From assembly GCA_903891415.1 (NCBI GenBank), contig CAITEH010000008.1, positions 9,960 through 73,959 on the forward strand: a DNA stretch of 64,000 nt, read 5' to 3'. Position 1 is the stretch's first letter, and every line of letters begins with the position of its first letter. Below, one piece after another: positions 23,262 through 33,612 of this stretch. Origin of the DNA: Candidatus Firestoneibacteriota bacterium. Its GTDB lineage: Bacteria; Oederibacteriota; D2-FULL-39-29. The notes below the pieces were generated by a model. That model saw only the letters and a program-made list of their open reading frames with translations, did no database searches and had not been told where the DNA came from. The position numbers and the translations under genes are program-made.

Positions 23262-25238
23262 ATGGACTCTCAGAGTAAACATAATGAGCAGGAAATAATA
23301 AAAAGCAGGGAATTCCCTCCGGAAATTAAAAAATCAGATAAAGAAAGACGTCAAACCGATGATATTTTTAAAGTTTTATTCAATTCAATGATGGAGATGG
23401 TCGCTATTCATGAACTTATTTTTGATGAAACAGGCATTCCTTCAGATTATATTATCCTGGATTGCAATCCGGCGTTTACAAAAATTACCGGTTTGACCCG
23501 CGAAATCTCCTGTGGTACTACCGCTTCCAAACTGTATAAGACAGGTAATCCGCCTTATTTATCCTTATACGCGGAAGCCGCTGTAAGCGGAAAAACTATT
23601 AAATTTGAAAGTTTTTTTGAACCGATGAATAAGTATTTTTCCGTAACAGCTGTTAATATTGGCAAAAATAAATTTGCTACGATAACTGAAGATATAACTG
23701 AAAAGAAAAATGCTGAAACAGAACTTGTATCCAGCGAGCGGCGTTTCAGAGAGATAGTAGAAAATATCAATGATGCTTTTTTTATTCATGATTTTTCTGG
23801 CCGGATCCTTGATTGTAATGATAACGCGGTAAAGCTCCTGGGTTACAGCAGAAAGGAACTACTAAAAATGTTCCTTTATCAGATCGATAATCCTGAAAAT
23901 GCCGGCATAATCCCGGAAAGAATGAAAATACTTTCAGAAGAATATGCACTTGTTTTTGACTCCGTGCACAGGAAGAAAGATGGAAGCACGATCCCGGTAA
24001 ATATAAGTGCAAAGGTAGTTTCCCGGGAAGACTGCGGCGTGATCCATAGCTTTTTCAGGGACATTACTTATAAAATAAAAGAAGAGGAAGAAAGAAGGAT
24101 CTTTGAGATCCATGCGCAAAAAGTCAAAAAGATAGAAAGCCTTGGCATTCTTGCCGGAGGAATAGCACATGATTTTAACAATCTTTTAACGGGTTTGTTC
24201 GGTTATATTGAAAATGCCCGGACACATGCCGGCGACAAAGCTAAAGTTGACACCAATTTGGTCAAAGCAATTGCTGTTTTTGACCGGGCGAAGGAACTTA
24301 CTAATCAACTTCTAACATTTTCAAAAGCCGGTTTGCCCCGGACAAACACGATTGATGTTAGAACAATGCTTCAAAAAACTGTTAAATTTATGACCAGCGG
24401 TACCAGTATTAATGTGGTTTTTGATTTTGCCAAAGAGCTCAGAAATTGCGATTTAGATGAAAATCAAATTATCCAGGCAATTGATAATCTGGTGTTGAAT
24501 GCGAGACAGGCAATGTCCGGCGGCGGCACACTTAGAGTAGCAGCGCTTAATACAAATAAAAAAGCGGGTGCTCCTTCCGTCCTGGAAGACGGAAAAGAGT
24601 ATGTTGAGATAGTAATATCAGATACCGGTCCGGGTATACCAGCCGACAAATTACCCAATATATTTGATCCCTATTTTTCTGCAAAGAAGCATGGCAGCGG
24701 GTTAGGACTTTCCACCGCATTTTCAATAATAAAGAGGCATAAGGGGTTCATTGAGGTAGAATCAGATAATAAAAAAGGCACCTCAATGCACATCTATCTG
24801 CCTGCCACTGACAGGGTAGTTCAGAAACCCGGTGAAATCACCAGGATTAAAATAGCCGGTACGGGAAAAATACTTATTCTGGACGACGAGCTTTTTATTC
24901 TGGAATTATTAAAGGGTATTCTTAATGAACTTGGCTATAAGGTAGATACCTTTGAAAAAGCCGAGGACGCCTTGGGGGTATTTGAAAAATCCGTGTCAAC
25001 AAATGCCAGATACGATATTGTTATCCTCGATCTTACTATCCCCGGCGGGCTGGGAGGCAAAGAAGTCGTAAAAAGATTCAAAGAACTGGACCCGGCAGTC
25101 CTGGCTGTCGCTTCAAGCGGCTATTCCGATAATGAGATCATGGTCAGGCCGAAAGACTTCGGCTTTGACGCGAGTCTGGCTAAACCCTACTCACTGGAAG
25201 ATCTTCTTAAGACCTTGCAGGAGGTAAATTCCAGGTAA
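23262..25238 (+). CDS. hybrid sensor histidine kinase (2x PAS, HisKA, HATPase_c, C-terminal receiver)
   Basis: PAS-like segments, H-box (GIAHDFNNLLTG), N/G boxes (NLVLNARQAM; DTGPGI; GSGLGLS), and a receiver (ILILDDE...DIVILDLTIPG...SGY...KP). Confidence 0.88.
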   Translation: MDSQSKHNEQEIIKSREFPPEIKKSDKERRQTDDIFKVLFNSMMEMVAIHELIFDETGIPSDYIILDCNPAFTKITGLTREISCGTTASKLYKTGNPPYLSLYAEAAVSGKTIKFESFFEPMNKYFSVTAVNIGKNKFATITEDITEKKNAETELVSSERRFREIVENINDAFFIHDFSGRILDCNDNAVKLLGYSRKELLKMFLYQIDNPENAGIIPERMKILSEEYALVFDSVHRKKDGSTIPVNISAKVVSREDCGVIHSFFRDITYKIKEEEERRIFEIHAQKVKKIESLGILAGGIAHDFNNLLTGLFGYIENARTHAGDKAKVDTNLVKAIAVFDRAKELTNQLLTFSKAGLPRTNTIDVRTMLQKTVKFMTSGTSINVVFDFAKELRNCDLDENQIIQAIDNLVLNARQAMSGGGTLRVAALNTNKKAGAPSVLEDGKEYVEIVISDTGPGIPADKLPNIFDPYFSAKKHGSGLGLSTAFSIIKRHKGFIEVESDNKKGTSMHIYLPATDRVVQKPGEITRIKIAGTGKILILDDELFILELLKGILNELGYKVDTFEKAEDALGVFEKSVSTNARYDIVILDLTIPGGLGGKEVVKRFKELDPAVLAVASSGYSDNEIMVRPKDFGFDASLAKPYSLEDLLKTLQEVNSR

Positions 25239-25250
25239 CGGCGGTGAAAA

Positions 25251-25760
25251 ATGGATTCTTTTAAAAAATTTGAAGTGACTGAGATAAAAGATAACCCGTT
25301 TAAGCTCATAGGCAGGGATTGGATGCTTATTACAGCCGGAAATATTGAAAAATTCAATACTATGACGGCGAGCTGGGGAGCTCTGGGAGTGCTTTGGAAT
25401 AAAAATACAAGTACCGTCTATGTGCGCCCGACCAGATACACTTATAAGTTCTTAGAAAATAATGACTATTATACACTCTCCTTCTTTCCGGAAAAATATC
25501 GTTCAGCTTTGAACTTCTGCGGAGCAAATTCAGGTAAGGATATTAATAAGGTAAAAAAGACGGGGTTGTGTCCGCTTAAAGGCGAGTTTGGAGTATATTT
25601 TAATGAAGCCAGGCTGGTGTTTGAATGTAAAAAACTTTTTTATTCTGAACTGGCTCCCGAGAGATTTATTGATAAAAGCCTTGATGAAGCAAATTATCCC
25701 AACAAAGATTATCACAGGATGTATATTGGCGAGATTCTTAACTGTCTTGTCAAAGAATAA
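25251..25760 (+). CDS. flavin reductase-like FMN-binding split-barrel protein
   Basis: LIGRDWMLITAG...FNTMTASWG...VYVRPTRYT is typical of the flavin_reduct family. Confidence 0.7.
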   Translation: MDSFKKFEVTEIKDNPFKLIGRDWMLITAGNIEKFNTMTASWGALGVLWNKNTSTVYVRPTRYTYKFLENNDYYTLSFFPEKYRSALNFCGANSGKDINKVKKTGLCPLKGEFGVYFNEARLVFECKKLFYSELAPERFIDKSLDEANYPNKDYHRMYIGEILNCLVKE

Positions 25761-25837
25761 GAAAAATGAGTGCTTTTCGTAACTTTTTATTAAAAACCCG
25801 AAATTCAAACTGAGAATAATAGATCCGGAAAAATTGA

Positions 25838-25868
25838 AATAAAAACCCGTCCAAAAGTTATGGACGGG
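25838..25868 (-). terminator. rho-independent terminator of rpmB
   Basis: 8-bp perfect stem 25846-25853 / 25861-25868. On the minus strand it is followed by TTTTTATTTC. It lies 30 nt downstream of the rpmB stop. Confidence 0.7.
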
Positions 25869-25898
25869 AAATTATTAAAGGGTTAGGGTAAAGATTAA

Positions 25899-26054
25899 CT
25901 ATTTTGTCTTTCTTTTCAGGCACTTGGCGCAGATATTCTCACCATTAATCTTTCTCAGATTAGGGTAAGCTTTCCTTAAATGCTTTTTGTTCGAGTGTGA
26001 AACCAGATTTATAACCAGCGGTTTTTTACCGCAAACGGAACAGATTCTGGACAT
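25899..26054 (-). CDS. rpmB: 50S ribosomal protein L28, very short 51-aa Cys4 variant (below the ORF-track cutoff)
   Basis: My translation of the minus strand is MSRICSVCGKKPLVINLVSHSNKKHLRKAYPNLRKINGENICAKCLKRKTK. The L28 hallmark SRxCxxCGKxP..GNxVSHSNxKxxRxxxPNL pattern is present. The gene has its own RBS (AGGGGGA), promoter and terminator. Confidence 0.75.
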   Translation of the reverse strand: MSRICSVCGKKPLVINLVSHSNKKHLRKAYPNLRKINGENICAKCLKRKTK

Positions 26055-26108
26055 ATTTCCCCCTAAAGAAAACAAATTGAATTTTGTTTGTATTTGTGCT
26101 AATTATGT

Positions 26109-26137
26109 ATTATAAATAAAAGATATGAAAAAGTCAA
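26109..26137 (-). promoter_or_regulatory. sigma70-like promoter TTGACT-17nt-TATAAT for rpmB (minus strand)
   Basis: On the minus strand, TTGACT corresponds to plus 26132-26137 and TATAAT to plus 26109-26114, with a 17-nt spacer. Confidence 0.5.
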
Positions 26138-26181
26138 CATAAAATTAAGCGCAGAAAAAAGAGACTTTACCGGGAGCTCGA

Positions 26182-28263
26182 GTGAATGAAGAAGAGCTGA
26201 GATACATAAAAGGCGTCGGGCCTCAAAAGGCTGCCTCGCTTAAGAGGATAGGGATCAAGTCTATCAGGGAACTACTGTTTTTCTTTCCAAAATGGCATAT
26301 TCATAGGTCCATTATCACACCGATAGCTTCTATCAATTCAGGCGGAAAGTATTTTCTCCTAGGAGTTATTTCCGGTTTTGAAGAGATGAAACGGCCGGGC
26401 AGAAATATTATTAAAGTAATTATTGAGGATGGAAGCGGTGAAATACTTAACTGGGTCTGGTTTAACCGGCCGTATCTGAAACCCTTATTCGTAAAAGGCA
26501 GAAAAGTAGTAATTCACGATATGGTTGAAAATACAAGATGGGGAAAACAGATAACCGGCACTAACGATTCTTTTGAGTTCCTGGACGCTTTTGAAGAGCA
26601 GGCTATTAATTCCGGTCAAATATTGAGTTTCTATAAAACGACCAGGATACTTTCAAATTCTTTCTATCGTGAAGTCCTGGCCGGGCTTATCAAAACTAAT
26701 CTGGTGGATATTACCGAAATATTATCTCCGGGCCTTACCGCCAGGCATGAATTCTATATTATGAAAGAAGCAATAATGAAGGTACACTTTCCGCAGACTA
26801 TTGAAGAACTTGAAAAGGCCAGAAAGAGGCTTGTTTTTAATGAGTTATTGATAATGCAGATATTCTTGGCCAAAAGGAAAATATTTCTGACAACGAAAAT
26901 AAAAAACAGGAATTACACTTATGATACAGCAGCTTATGATGAATTAATTAAGAAACTGCCTTTTAAGCTCACAACAGCTCAGGAAAGGGTGTTAAAAGAG
27001 ATAAAAACAGATCTTATGCGATCTTCTCCCATGAACCGTTTGTTGCAGGGGGACGTAGGTTCGGGGAAAACAATTGTAGCGCTCCTGTCTGTCTTGACCG
27101 TTCTTGAGAGCGGTTATCAGGCTGCTGTTATGGCCCCTACGGAAATACTTGCGGAGCAGCACTATAAAAGCTTTAAAAAACTATTTGCTTCTATTGGTTA
27201 CGGAAAAAAAATACTGCTTCTAACTTCCGGGTTAAAAGTGAAAGAAAAGCGCGAAGCTTTGAATGCCATAAAGGACGGAGCCTGCGATCTGGTTGTTGGG
27301 ACGCATGCACTTTTGCAGGAGGATGTTGCTTTTAAACAGCTCGGTTTTATAATTATCGACGAACGGCACAAATTCGGGGTCTTTCAGCGCCTGGCTCTTG
27401 AGTCTAAAGGTATTTTCCCCGATGCGCTTATGATGACTGCTACCCCGTTTCCCAGAGCCCTGGTACTTACGCTATATGGTGACACGGATCTTTCGGTCAT
27501 AGATGAGCTTCCTGCCGGGCGGCAGCCTGTCTATACAAAATGGCAGACTGAAAAGAAGCGCCAGGAATTATATAATTTCATTATTCAGCGGTTGAAGGCG
27601 GGCGAACAGGCATTTATTGTTTACCCGCTGGTGGAAGAATCAGGCAAATCACTGCTTAAGGCCGCGGAGCAGGAAGCGGTACAGCTGCAAAATCTTGTGT
27701 TTAATGATTTCAAGGTAGGGCTTATTCATGGCAGGCTGTCCGCCGAAGAAAAAGAGCTCATAATGAGAAATTTTAAAGATAAAAAAATAGATGTTCTGGT
27801 ATCGACCACAGTTATTGAGGTGGGTATAGATGTTTCGAATGCAACTATTATGCTGATCGAGCATGCTGAAAGATTCGGCCTTGCGCAGCTTCATCAGCTT
27901 AGAGGCCGGGTTGGGAGAGGCAGCGCGCGTTCTTACTGCTATCTTATGACCGGTTGGGTTTCTTCGTCAGATTCTTTAAAGAGAATGAAGATAATGGAAA
28001 AAACAAATGACGGTTTTGCCGTTGCGGAAGCTGATCTTGAGCTCAGAGGACCCGGTGAGTTCTTTGGAGTTAACCAGCACGGAGAACTTGACTTTAAGCT
28101 CATTGATCTAAAAAAAGACCTTAAACTTCTTGAGCTCGCAAGAGAAGAGGCATTTAATATCATAAAAAATGATCCGGAGCTCAATGCTCCTCAAAATACG
28201 GGGATAGGCGGTTTTTTTAGGGAAAGATTTTCAAAGGACCTTGAAATGGTCACAATAAGTTAA
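26182..28263 (+). CDS. recG: ATP-dependent DNA helicase RecG
   Basis: GTG start. Wedge domain, helicase motifs (LLQGDVGSGKT, IIDERHKFG, MTATPFPR), and QLHQLRGRVGRG. Confidence 0.94.
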   Translation: MNEEELRYIKGVGPQKAASLKRIGIKSIRELLFFFPKWHIHRSIITPIASINSGGKYFLLGVISGFEEMKRPGRNIIKVIIEDGSGEILNWVWFNRPYLKPLFVKGRKVVIHDMVENTRWGKQITGTNDSFEFLDAFEEQAINSGQILSFYKTTRILSNSFYREVLAGLIKTNLVDITEILSPGLTARHEFYIMKEAIMKVHFPQTIEELEKARKRLVFNELLIMQIFLAKRKIFLTTKIKNRNYTYDTAAYDELIKKLPFKLTTAQERVLKEIKTDLMRSSPMNRLLQGDVGSGKTIVALLSVLTVLESGYQAAVMAPTEILAEQHYKSFKKLFASIGYGKKILLLTSGLKVKEKREALNAIKDGACDLVVGTHALLQEDVAFKQLGFIIIDERHKFGVFQRLALESKGIFPDALMMTATPFPRALVLTLYGDTDLSVIDELPAGRQPVYTKWQTEKKRQELYNFIIQRLKAGEQAFIVYPLVEESGKSLLKAAEQEAVQLQNLVFNDFKVGLIHGRLSAEEKELIMRNFKDKKIDVLVSTTVIEVGIDVSNATIMLIEHAERFGLAQLHQLRGRVGRGSARSYCYLMTGWVSSSDSLKRMKIMEKTNDGFAVAEADLELRGPGEFFGVNQHGELDFKLIDLKKDLKLLELAREEAFNIIKNDPELNAPQNTGIGGFFRERFSKDLEMVTIS

Positions 28264-28305
28264 AAAAAGGTTCTGGGTGTCAGGTTCTAGGAAAAGAGGA
28301 GATAA

Positions 28306-28848
28306 ATGAGGATCATAGGCGGTTTGGCAAAGAGCAGGCGGGTAAGAATGGACCAGAGGCTTGAGATACGGCCTATCAGCGACCGGGTCAAGCAATCCCT
28401 TTTTGATATTCTTATGTATGACATTGGCGGAGCAAGATTTCTAGACCTGTTTGCAGGTTCCGGAGCCGTAGGGATCGAAGCCCTGAGCCGCGGGGCAAAA
28501 GAAGCTTTTTTTGTTGATGTAAACGGAAAGTGTGCCGATCTTATTAGAAAAAATTTAAATGAACTGGGTTTTAGGAATTCAGTGGTTCTGCTTTCTGATT
28601 CTGTTAAAGCGGTGGAGAGCTTTAAAAAGCAAGGCGAGTACTTTGATCTGGTTTTTGTTGATCCTCCTTATGAGAAAGACTTAATAAAAAAAGCGTTGAA
28701 AGTCCTTGAAGATAATGATATTCTAACAAAGAAAGGCTGTGTTATCGTAAAGCATCACAAAAAAGAACCCGTCGTAACCTGTTTGCAAATATTTGATGAG
28801 CGCAGGTATGGTGATACGGTCTTAACTTTCTTAAGAAAAACCAGATAA
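28306..28848 (+). CDS. rsmD: 16S rRNA (guanine966-N2)-methyltransferase RsmD
   Basis: RIIGG...RPISDRVKQSLFDIL, LDLFAGSGAVGIEALSRGA, VFVDPPY. Confidence 0.9.
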   Translation: MRIIGGLAKSRRVRMDQRLEIRPISDRVKQSLFDILMYDIGGARFLDLFAGSGAVGIEALSRGAKEAFFVDVNGKCADLIRKNLNELGFRNSVVLLSDSVKAVESFKKQGEYFDLVFVDPPYEKDLIKKALKVLEDNDILTKKGCVIVKHHKKEPVVTCLQIFDERRYGDTVLTFLRKTR

Positions 28849-28865
28849 ATATATTGGAGCTGTGA

Positions 28866-29354
28866 ATGAAAACCAAAGCCATATATCCCGGGAGTTTCGA
28901 TCCTATTACATTCGGCCATCTTGACCTGCTTAAGAGAAGCTGCAAAATATTTGAGGATCTGACAATAGCAGTAGTTGTTAATCCCCACAAAAAAGCGCTC
29001 TTCAGCGTGGAAGAAAGAGTAGCTATGATCAGAAAAGTTACAAGCAGTTTTAGCTGTATAAAAATTGATAAATTTGACGGCTTGCTTGTTGATTATGCCA
29101 GAAAAATAAACGCTAACGTGGTCATCAGGGGTCTTCGCGCTATCGCAGACTTTGAATACGAATTTCAAATGGCTCTGGTTAACCGCTCGCTAAACAGCCG
29201 GCTTGATATGGTATACATGATGCCTTCGGTAGAATATACCTATTTAAGCTCAAGCATTGTAAGGGAACTGGCTTCACTTCAGGGTGATGTTTCAAAATTT
29301 GTTCCGGCCTATGTGGAGAAGAAGCTGAGGGAAAAATTTAAATATGCCCGGTAA
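28866..29354 (+). CDS. coaD: phosphopantetheine adenylyltransferase
   Basis: AIYPGSFDPITFGHLDL, VRGLRAIADFEYE, ISSSIVRE. Confidence 0.95.
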   Translation: MKTKAIYPGSFDPITFGHLDLLKRSCKIFEDLTIAVVVNPHKKALFSVEERVAMIRKVTSSFSCIKIDKFDGLLVDYARKINANVVIRGLRAIADFEYEFQMALVNRSLNSRLDMVYMMPSVEYTYLSSSIVRELASLQGDVSKFVPAYVEKKLREKFKYAR

Positions 29355-29934
29355 TTCCATCCGAGAATTCCTTCTGGCCTTTATCCCGCTTTTTGTGGCA
29401 CTTAATGCCATCGGCATTGTTCCCATTTTTTTGTCCTATTCGCAAAATATTAAGCGTGTGGAACTTAAACATATTTTATACCGGGCAACATTTGTCTCCT
29501 TTACTGTCGGTATTGCCTTTGTCCTTATAGGGGAATATGTTTTAAAGTTTCTAGGGGTCAATATTTCTGATTTTAAGATCGCCGGGGGGCTGCTGCTGCT
29601 GATATTTTCCATTAAGGAAATATTCAGCGAGCAAGCAGAACTCAAAAGAGTAGAAGGTGACTTCTCCGTAGTACCTCTGGCAATACCTTTATTACTTGGT
29701 CCTGCGGTGCTTACAACTTTACTTGTTTTTAAGGGGATCTACAGTATTGCGATAATTGCCCTGGCGTTATTCACAAATCTTATAATAGGGGCTCTGATCT
29801 TATGGTATTCAGACCTGATAGCTAAACTTATGGGTAAAGATGGAATGAAAGCTGCCGGAAAGATCGCTACAATTTTACTTTCTGCTATTGCCATTATGCT
29901 GATCAGAAAAGGTATCCTGGAAATATTTATTTAG
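29344..29934 (+). CDS. MarC family (UPF0056) integral membrane protein
   Basis: 196 aa with six hydrophobic segments; the FLLAFIPLFVALNAIGIVPIFLS start is typical of MarC. Confidence 0.7.
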   Translation: MPGNSIREFLLAFIPLFVALNAIGIVPIFLSYSQNIKRVELKHILYRATFVSFTVGIAFVLIGEYVLKFLGVNISDFKIAGGLLLLIFSIKEIFSEQAELKRVEGDFSVVPLAIPLLLGPAVLTTLLVFKGIYSIAIIALALFTNLIIGALILWYSDLIAKLMGKDGMKAAGKIATILLSAIAIMLIRKGILEIFI

Positions 29935-30003
29935 GAGGAGGCTTGAAAATTATTTATCCCGGAACAACCCAAAGGAAGATCTCAGTCCTGCCTGGGAGTA
30001 ATA

Positions 30004-31113
30004 ATGAGCGGAGCTGACAGGTATTTTATTCAGGATGCCGAGAATAGGCTTAAATCACTTCTGGTTAAACTCTTTAGCAAGAGCAAAAAAATTTCTCCGT
30101 CCGGAGTTGAGTTTTCCGGGCTCAAAAGTATTCTGGTCATCAGGCAGCATGATCCTATGGGAGATGTCCTGTTAAGCAGCGCGGTGTTCTCAAATCTTAG
30201 AGCATATTTTCCTGCCGCAAAAATTGATGTAATTACCAGGCCGGGATTAAAAGACATTTTTCTCAATAACCGCTATATTTCCGAGGTTCTGGTTTTTGAA
30301 AAGAAAAAAATGTTCCTGCCCTGGTATTATTTTAAGATAAAAAGGCAGTTGCAGAGCCGCGAATACAAGCTGGCACTGGTTATCGGGTCAACTTCAATAT
30401 CATTTTTAAGCCTTTTTCTTGCCCGGCTTTCCGGCGCCGGCCTTACGGCCGGTTATGACGGTAAAAATTTTAATCACAAGGAATATACCGAAAGATTCCT
30501 TAATGTTGAGGTCCCTTATGACGAGAATAACTCACTGCACCAGACGGAAAAAAACCTTGATTTGCTAAGATATCTGAATATCCCGGTAATAAGTAATTCT
30601 CCGCATATGGATACTTCTGCCGAAGAAGATAACCTTGCAAGAGCTATTTATGAAAAGAATGGGATCAAGTACGGGCAGCTCTTAATAGGCCTCCATCCGG
30701 GAGCCAGCAGGCTCGACCACCGCTGGCCTTTGGAAAATTTTGTTTCTGCGGGAGACCTGCTTGCAGAAAAATTGGGAGCGCAGATAGTCGTGTTTTCCGG
30801 AGCCTCGGAAAGACATTTGTCAGAGGAATACAGGAAAAAAACAAAACATAAGGTCTTTACCGCACCCTTGCTTGGCCTTCGTGAATTTGCGGCACTGGTT
30901 AAACCGTTATCCTTGTTCATATGCAATGATACGGGAGTTTTGCACATAGCTGCTGCCCTGGATGTTAAGACTCTTGCAATATTTGCCAGGACAGATCCCT
31001 TAATTTGGAATCCTGCAGGCTCAGGTCATTACTATCTTCGCGCGAATGATAGAATAATATCATCTGTAAAAATTGAAGAAGTAACTGCCAAAGCTTTTGA
31101 AATATTGGCTTAA
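30004..31113 (+). CDS. glycosyltransferase family 9 (LPS heptosyltransferase-like)
   Basis: ILVIRQHDPMGDVLLSSAVFSNLRAYFP, GLHPGAS, LFICNDTGVLHIAAAL. Confidence 0.8.
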   Translation: MSGADRYFIQDAENRLKSLLVKLFSKSKKISPSGVEFSGLKSILVIRQHDPMGDVLLSSAVFSNLRAYFPAAKIDVITRPGLKDIFLNNRYISEVLVFEKKKMFLPWYYFKIKRQLQSREYKLALVIGSTSISFLSLFLARLSGAGLTAGYDGKNFNHKEYTERFLNVEVPYDENNSLHQTEKNLDLLRYLNIPVISNSPHMDTSAEEDNLARAIYEKNGIKYGQLLIGLHPGASRLDHRWPLENFVSAGDLLAEKLGAQIVVFSGASERHLSEEYRKKTKHKVFTAPLLGLREFAALVKPLSLFICNDTGVLHIAAALDVKTLAIFARTDPLIWNPAGSGHYYLRANDRIISSVKIEEVTAKAFEILA

Positions 31114-31143
31114 TAATATCCGCTGTTTTTATCTAAAAATCTA

Positions 31144-31173
31144 TTGAAGAAAACCAGGCCGGAATGATATAAT
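31144..31173 (+). promoter_or_regulatory. candidate promoter TTGAAG-18nt-TATAAT
   Basis: Hexamers at 31144-31149 and 31168-31173 in the 157-nt gap upstream of the sugar cluster. Confidence 0.3.
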
Positions 31174-31270
31174 ACGCAGAAGACGTAATTATAGTGTTTT
31201 TACCTAAATTAAATAATGTTATCAAGGTTGTTGCGGGATACTTATTTTTTGATTTTCCAAGGAGGAGTTT

Positions 31271-32305
31271 ATGGCCTGCTATTCAGTAGGGAACTACGAG
31301 TTCGATCTGGAGAAATTTTTCACAAAGAATATGTTCGACGCGATAACTGATATCAGAGTGGACTCTCCGGATGTTATTGTTAAAGAGGCCAGGGCCAGAA
31401 GGAAAAGGAAAAAAATAACAAAAGACGGAAAACTTACTATCCTGGCGGCCGATCATCCGGGCCGCATGGTCAATAAAAATGGCAATGATCCCATAGCTAT
31501 GGCGGACCGTTTACAGTATCTTGGAAGGGTTTTGCGGGTTGTAACCCATCAAGACTTTGACGGGATCATGGCAACAACAGACATTATTGAAGATCTGCTT
31601 ATTGTCAATTATCTTGTAAAGAAAAATGGCGGCCGGTCTTTTCTTGATGAGAAAGTAATGCTGGGCTCCATGAACCGGGGCGGTTTGGCCGGCACGAAAT
31701 TTGAAATGGATGATACTTTTACCTGCTTTTCTTCGGAATCCCTGCGCTTACTCAATATGGACGGTGCCAAGACGATGTTCCGGCTTGATGTAACCAACCC
31801 GGATTCTGCAAAAACAATGCTTTCCTGCGCTAATATGATAAGTGAACTTAATAAATATGAAATGCCGAGTTTTATGGAACCTCTTTTTGTCTCCTGCGAG
31901 GGCTACAAGGTGCAAAAGACCCTTACGGAAATGGTCAAGATCATCGGGGTCGCTTCCGCCATGGGAGATTCTTCCAGAAACCTCTGGCTGAAGATCCCTT
32001 ACGGTGAGAATTTTGAAAGAATTGCCAGAGCCACAACTCTTCCGCTTCTTATGCTGGGAGGCGAATCGGCAGGCGATCCGACAGGAACTATTGCTGATTT
32101 TGAAGCCGGGATGAAAGCCGGAAAAAATGTAAGGGGAGCTCTTGTTGGAAGGAATATCCTGTTCCCGGGAAAGGAAGATCCTCTGGCCGCGGCGCTCGCG
32201 GTCAACCAGGTCGTTCATAATGGCTTTAGTAAAGATCAGGCAATTGATTATATTATGAAAAACCGCGATCAAAATATGGATGTGCTATCGAAGTTTATCA
32301 AGTAA
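31271..32305 (+). CDS. DhnA/LsrF-type class I aldolase-like TIM-barrel protein (exact family uncertain)
   Basis: LTILAADHPGR, a candidate Schiff-base Lys context (NLWLKIPYG), GGES...VRGALVGRNILFP. Resembles the class I FBP-aldolase (DhnA) superfamily. At 344 aa it is longer than typical members. Confidence 0.5.
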   Translation: MACYSVGNYEFDLEKFFTKNMFDAITDIRVDSPDVIVKEARARRKRKKITKDGKLTILAADHPGRMVNKNGNDPIAMADRLQYLGRVLRVVTHQDFDGIMATTDIIEDLLIVNYLVKKNGGRSFLDEKVMLGSMNRGGLAGTKFEMDDTFTCFSSESLRLLNMDGAKTMFRLDVTNPDSAKTMLSCANMISELNKYEMPSFMEPLFVSCEGYKVQKTLTEMVKIIGVASAMGDSSRNLWLKIPYGENFERIARATTLPLLMLGGESAGDPTGTIADFEAGMKAGKNVRGALVGRNILFPGKEDPLAAALAVNQVVHNGFSKDQAIDYIMKNRDQNMDVLSKFIK

Positions 32306-32379
32306 TATTGCTGCAGGGAAACTGGAACTTTCGTTTTGCAGTTTATTAATTTATATTATTATTTTGGAGGAATTAGTAA

Positions 32380-33600
32380 ATGGCGTTAAAAGGAAATGCA
32401 TTGTTTGCGCAATCCGGAGGCCCGACCGCGGTTATCAACAGCAGCATCTCCGGAGCCATTCAGGAAGCCGGTAAACATAAGGAAATAACCAATATGTATG
32501 GTTCGATAAACGGCATACTTGGGGTCCTGAATGAAAACATGATCGACCTTAATAAAGAAAGCAAAAAAAATATTGAATTGCTCCGCTTTACCCCGTCTTC
32601 CGCACTGGGTTCCTCCAGGCATAAACTAAAAACGGAAGAAGACTTTAATAAACTTTTAAATGTGTTGAAAGCCCATGAAATCAGGTATTTTTTTGTAGCC
32701 GGCGGCAATGACTCAATGGATACCGCAAACAAAGTTCACAAGCTGGCAATAGCGGAAAAGTACGAGTTAAGGGTGATGGGCCTTCCGAAAACTGTTGATA
32801 ATGACCTTCCCGTAACCGATCATTGTCCGGGCTACGGTTCGGTTTCCAGGTGGCTTGCGCTGGCGGTGCGGGATGCAGGGCTGGACACAGAAGCGATATA
32901 TACTTCGGATACAATTAAGATCATAGAAACTATGGGACGCAACGCCGGCTGGATCACGGCTTCTACGGCGCTGGCAAGGCAAAAAGAAAATGACGCTCCA
33001 CATCTCATCCTGCTTCCTGAAATTCCTTTTAATCAGGACAAGTTCATAACTGAAGTTGAAAAAGTCTATAAAAAGCTCGGGTATGCCGTGATCACGTGCT
33101 GCGAAGGTTTAAAAGATGAAAGCGGAGAGTATTTGACGGCTTCAAAAAGAAATATTGATACCGATAAATTCGGGCATAAACAGCTGGGCGGTGTAGGAGA
33201 GACGCTTGTTTCCATTATCGCTGACAAATTGAAACTAAAAGCACGTTGTGATAAGCCGGGTACCATTCAAAGGGTATCGGGTATTGCGCAGTCAACTACG
33301 GACCGGGAAGAGGCCTACATTTCCGGAGCCATGGCCGTAAAACACGCCGTTCTCGGCAAAAACGGGTACATGGTTACGCTGGTACGGGAATCTGATGCTC
33401 CCTATAAATGCGGGACCGGAATAAGTGAATTGGACAATATCGCCAATAAAGAACGTAAAGTTCCGGAAGATTTCATTAACGCCAACGGAACCTGGGTTAC
33501 AGAAAAATTTTTAAAATATATCACGCCGCTTATAGGGGAACCCCTGCCGGAGTATGCGCGTCTTGAAAAGAAATTAATAGGCAAAAAACTGTCAAAGTAA
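32380..33600 (+). CDS. pfp: 6-phosphofructokinase, predicted PPi-dependent
   Basis: PfkA-family motifs SGGPTAVINS, GGNDSMDT, GLPKTVDNDL, MGRNAGWI. Asp at the E. coli G104-equivalent position and Lys at the G124-equivalent position are the published PPi-PFK signature. Confidence 0.75.
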   Translation: MALKGNALFAQSGGPTAVINSSISGAIQEAGKHKEITNMYGSINGILGVLNENMIDLNKESKKNIELLRFTPSSALGSSRHKLKTEEDFNKLLNVLKAHEIRYFFVAGGNDSMDTANKVHKLAIAEKYELRVMGLPKTVDNDLPVTDHCPGYGSVSRWLALAVRDAGLDTEAIYTSDTIKIIETMGRNAGWITASTALARQKENDAPHLILLPEIPFNQDKFITEVEKVYKKLGYAVITCCEGLKDESGEYLTASKRNIDTDKFGHKQLGGVGETLVSIIADKLKLKARCDKPGTIQRVSGIAQSTTDREEAYISGAMAVKHAVLGKNGYMVTLVRESDAPYKCGTGISELDNIANKERKVPEDFINANGTWVTEKFLKYITPLIGEPLPEYARLEKKLIGKKLSK

Positions 33601-33612
33601 AGGAGCGGGAAT

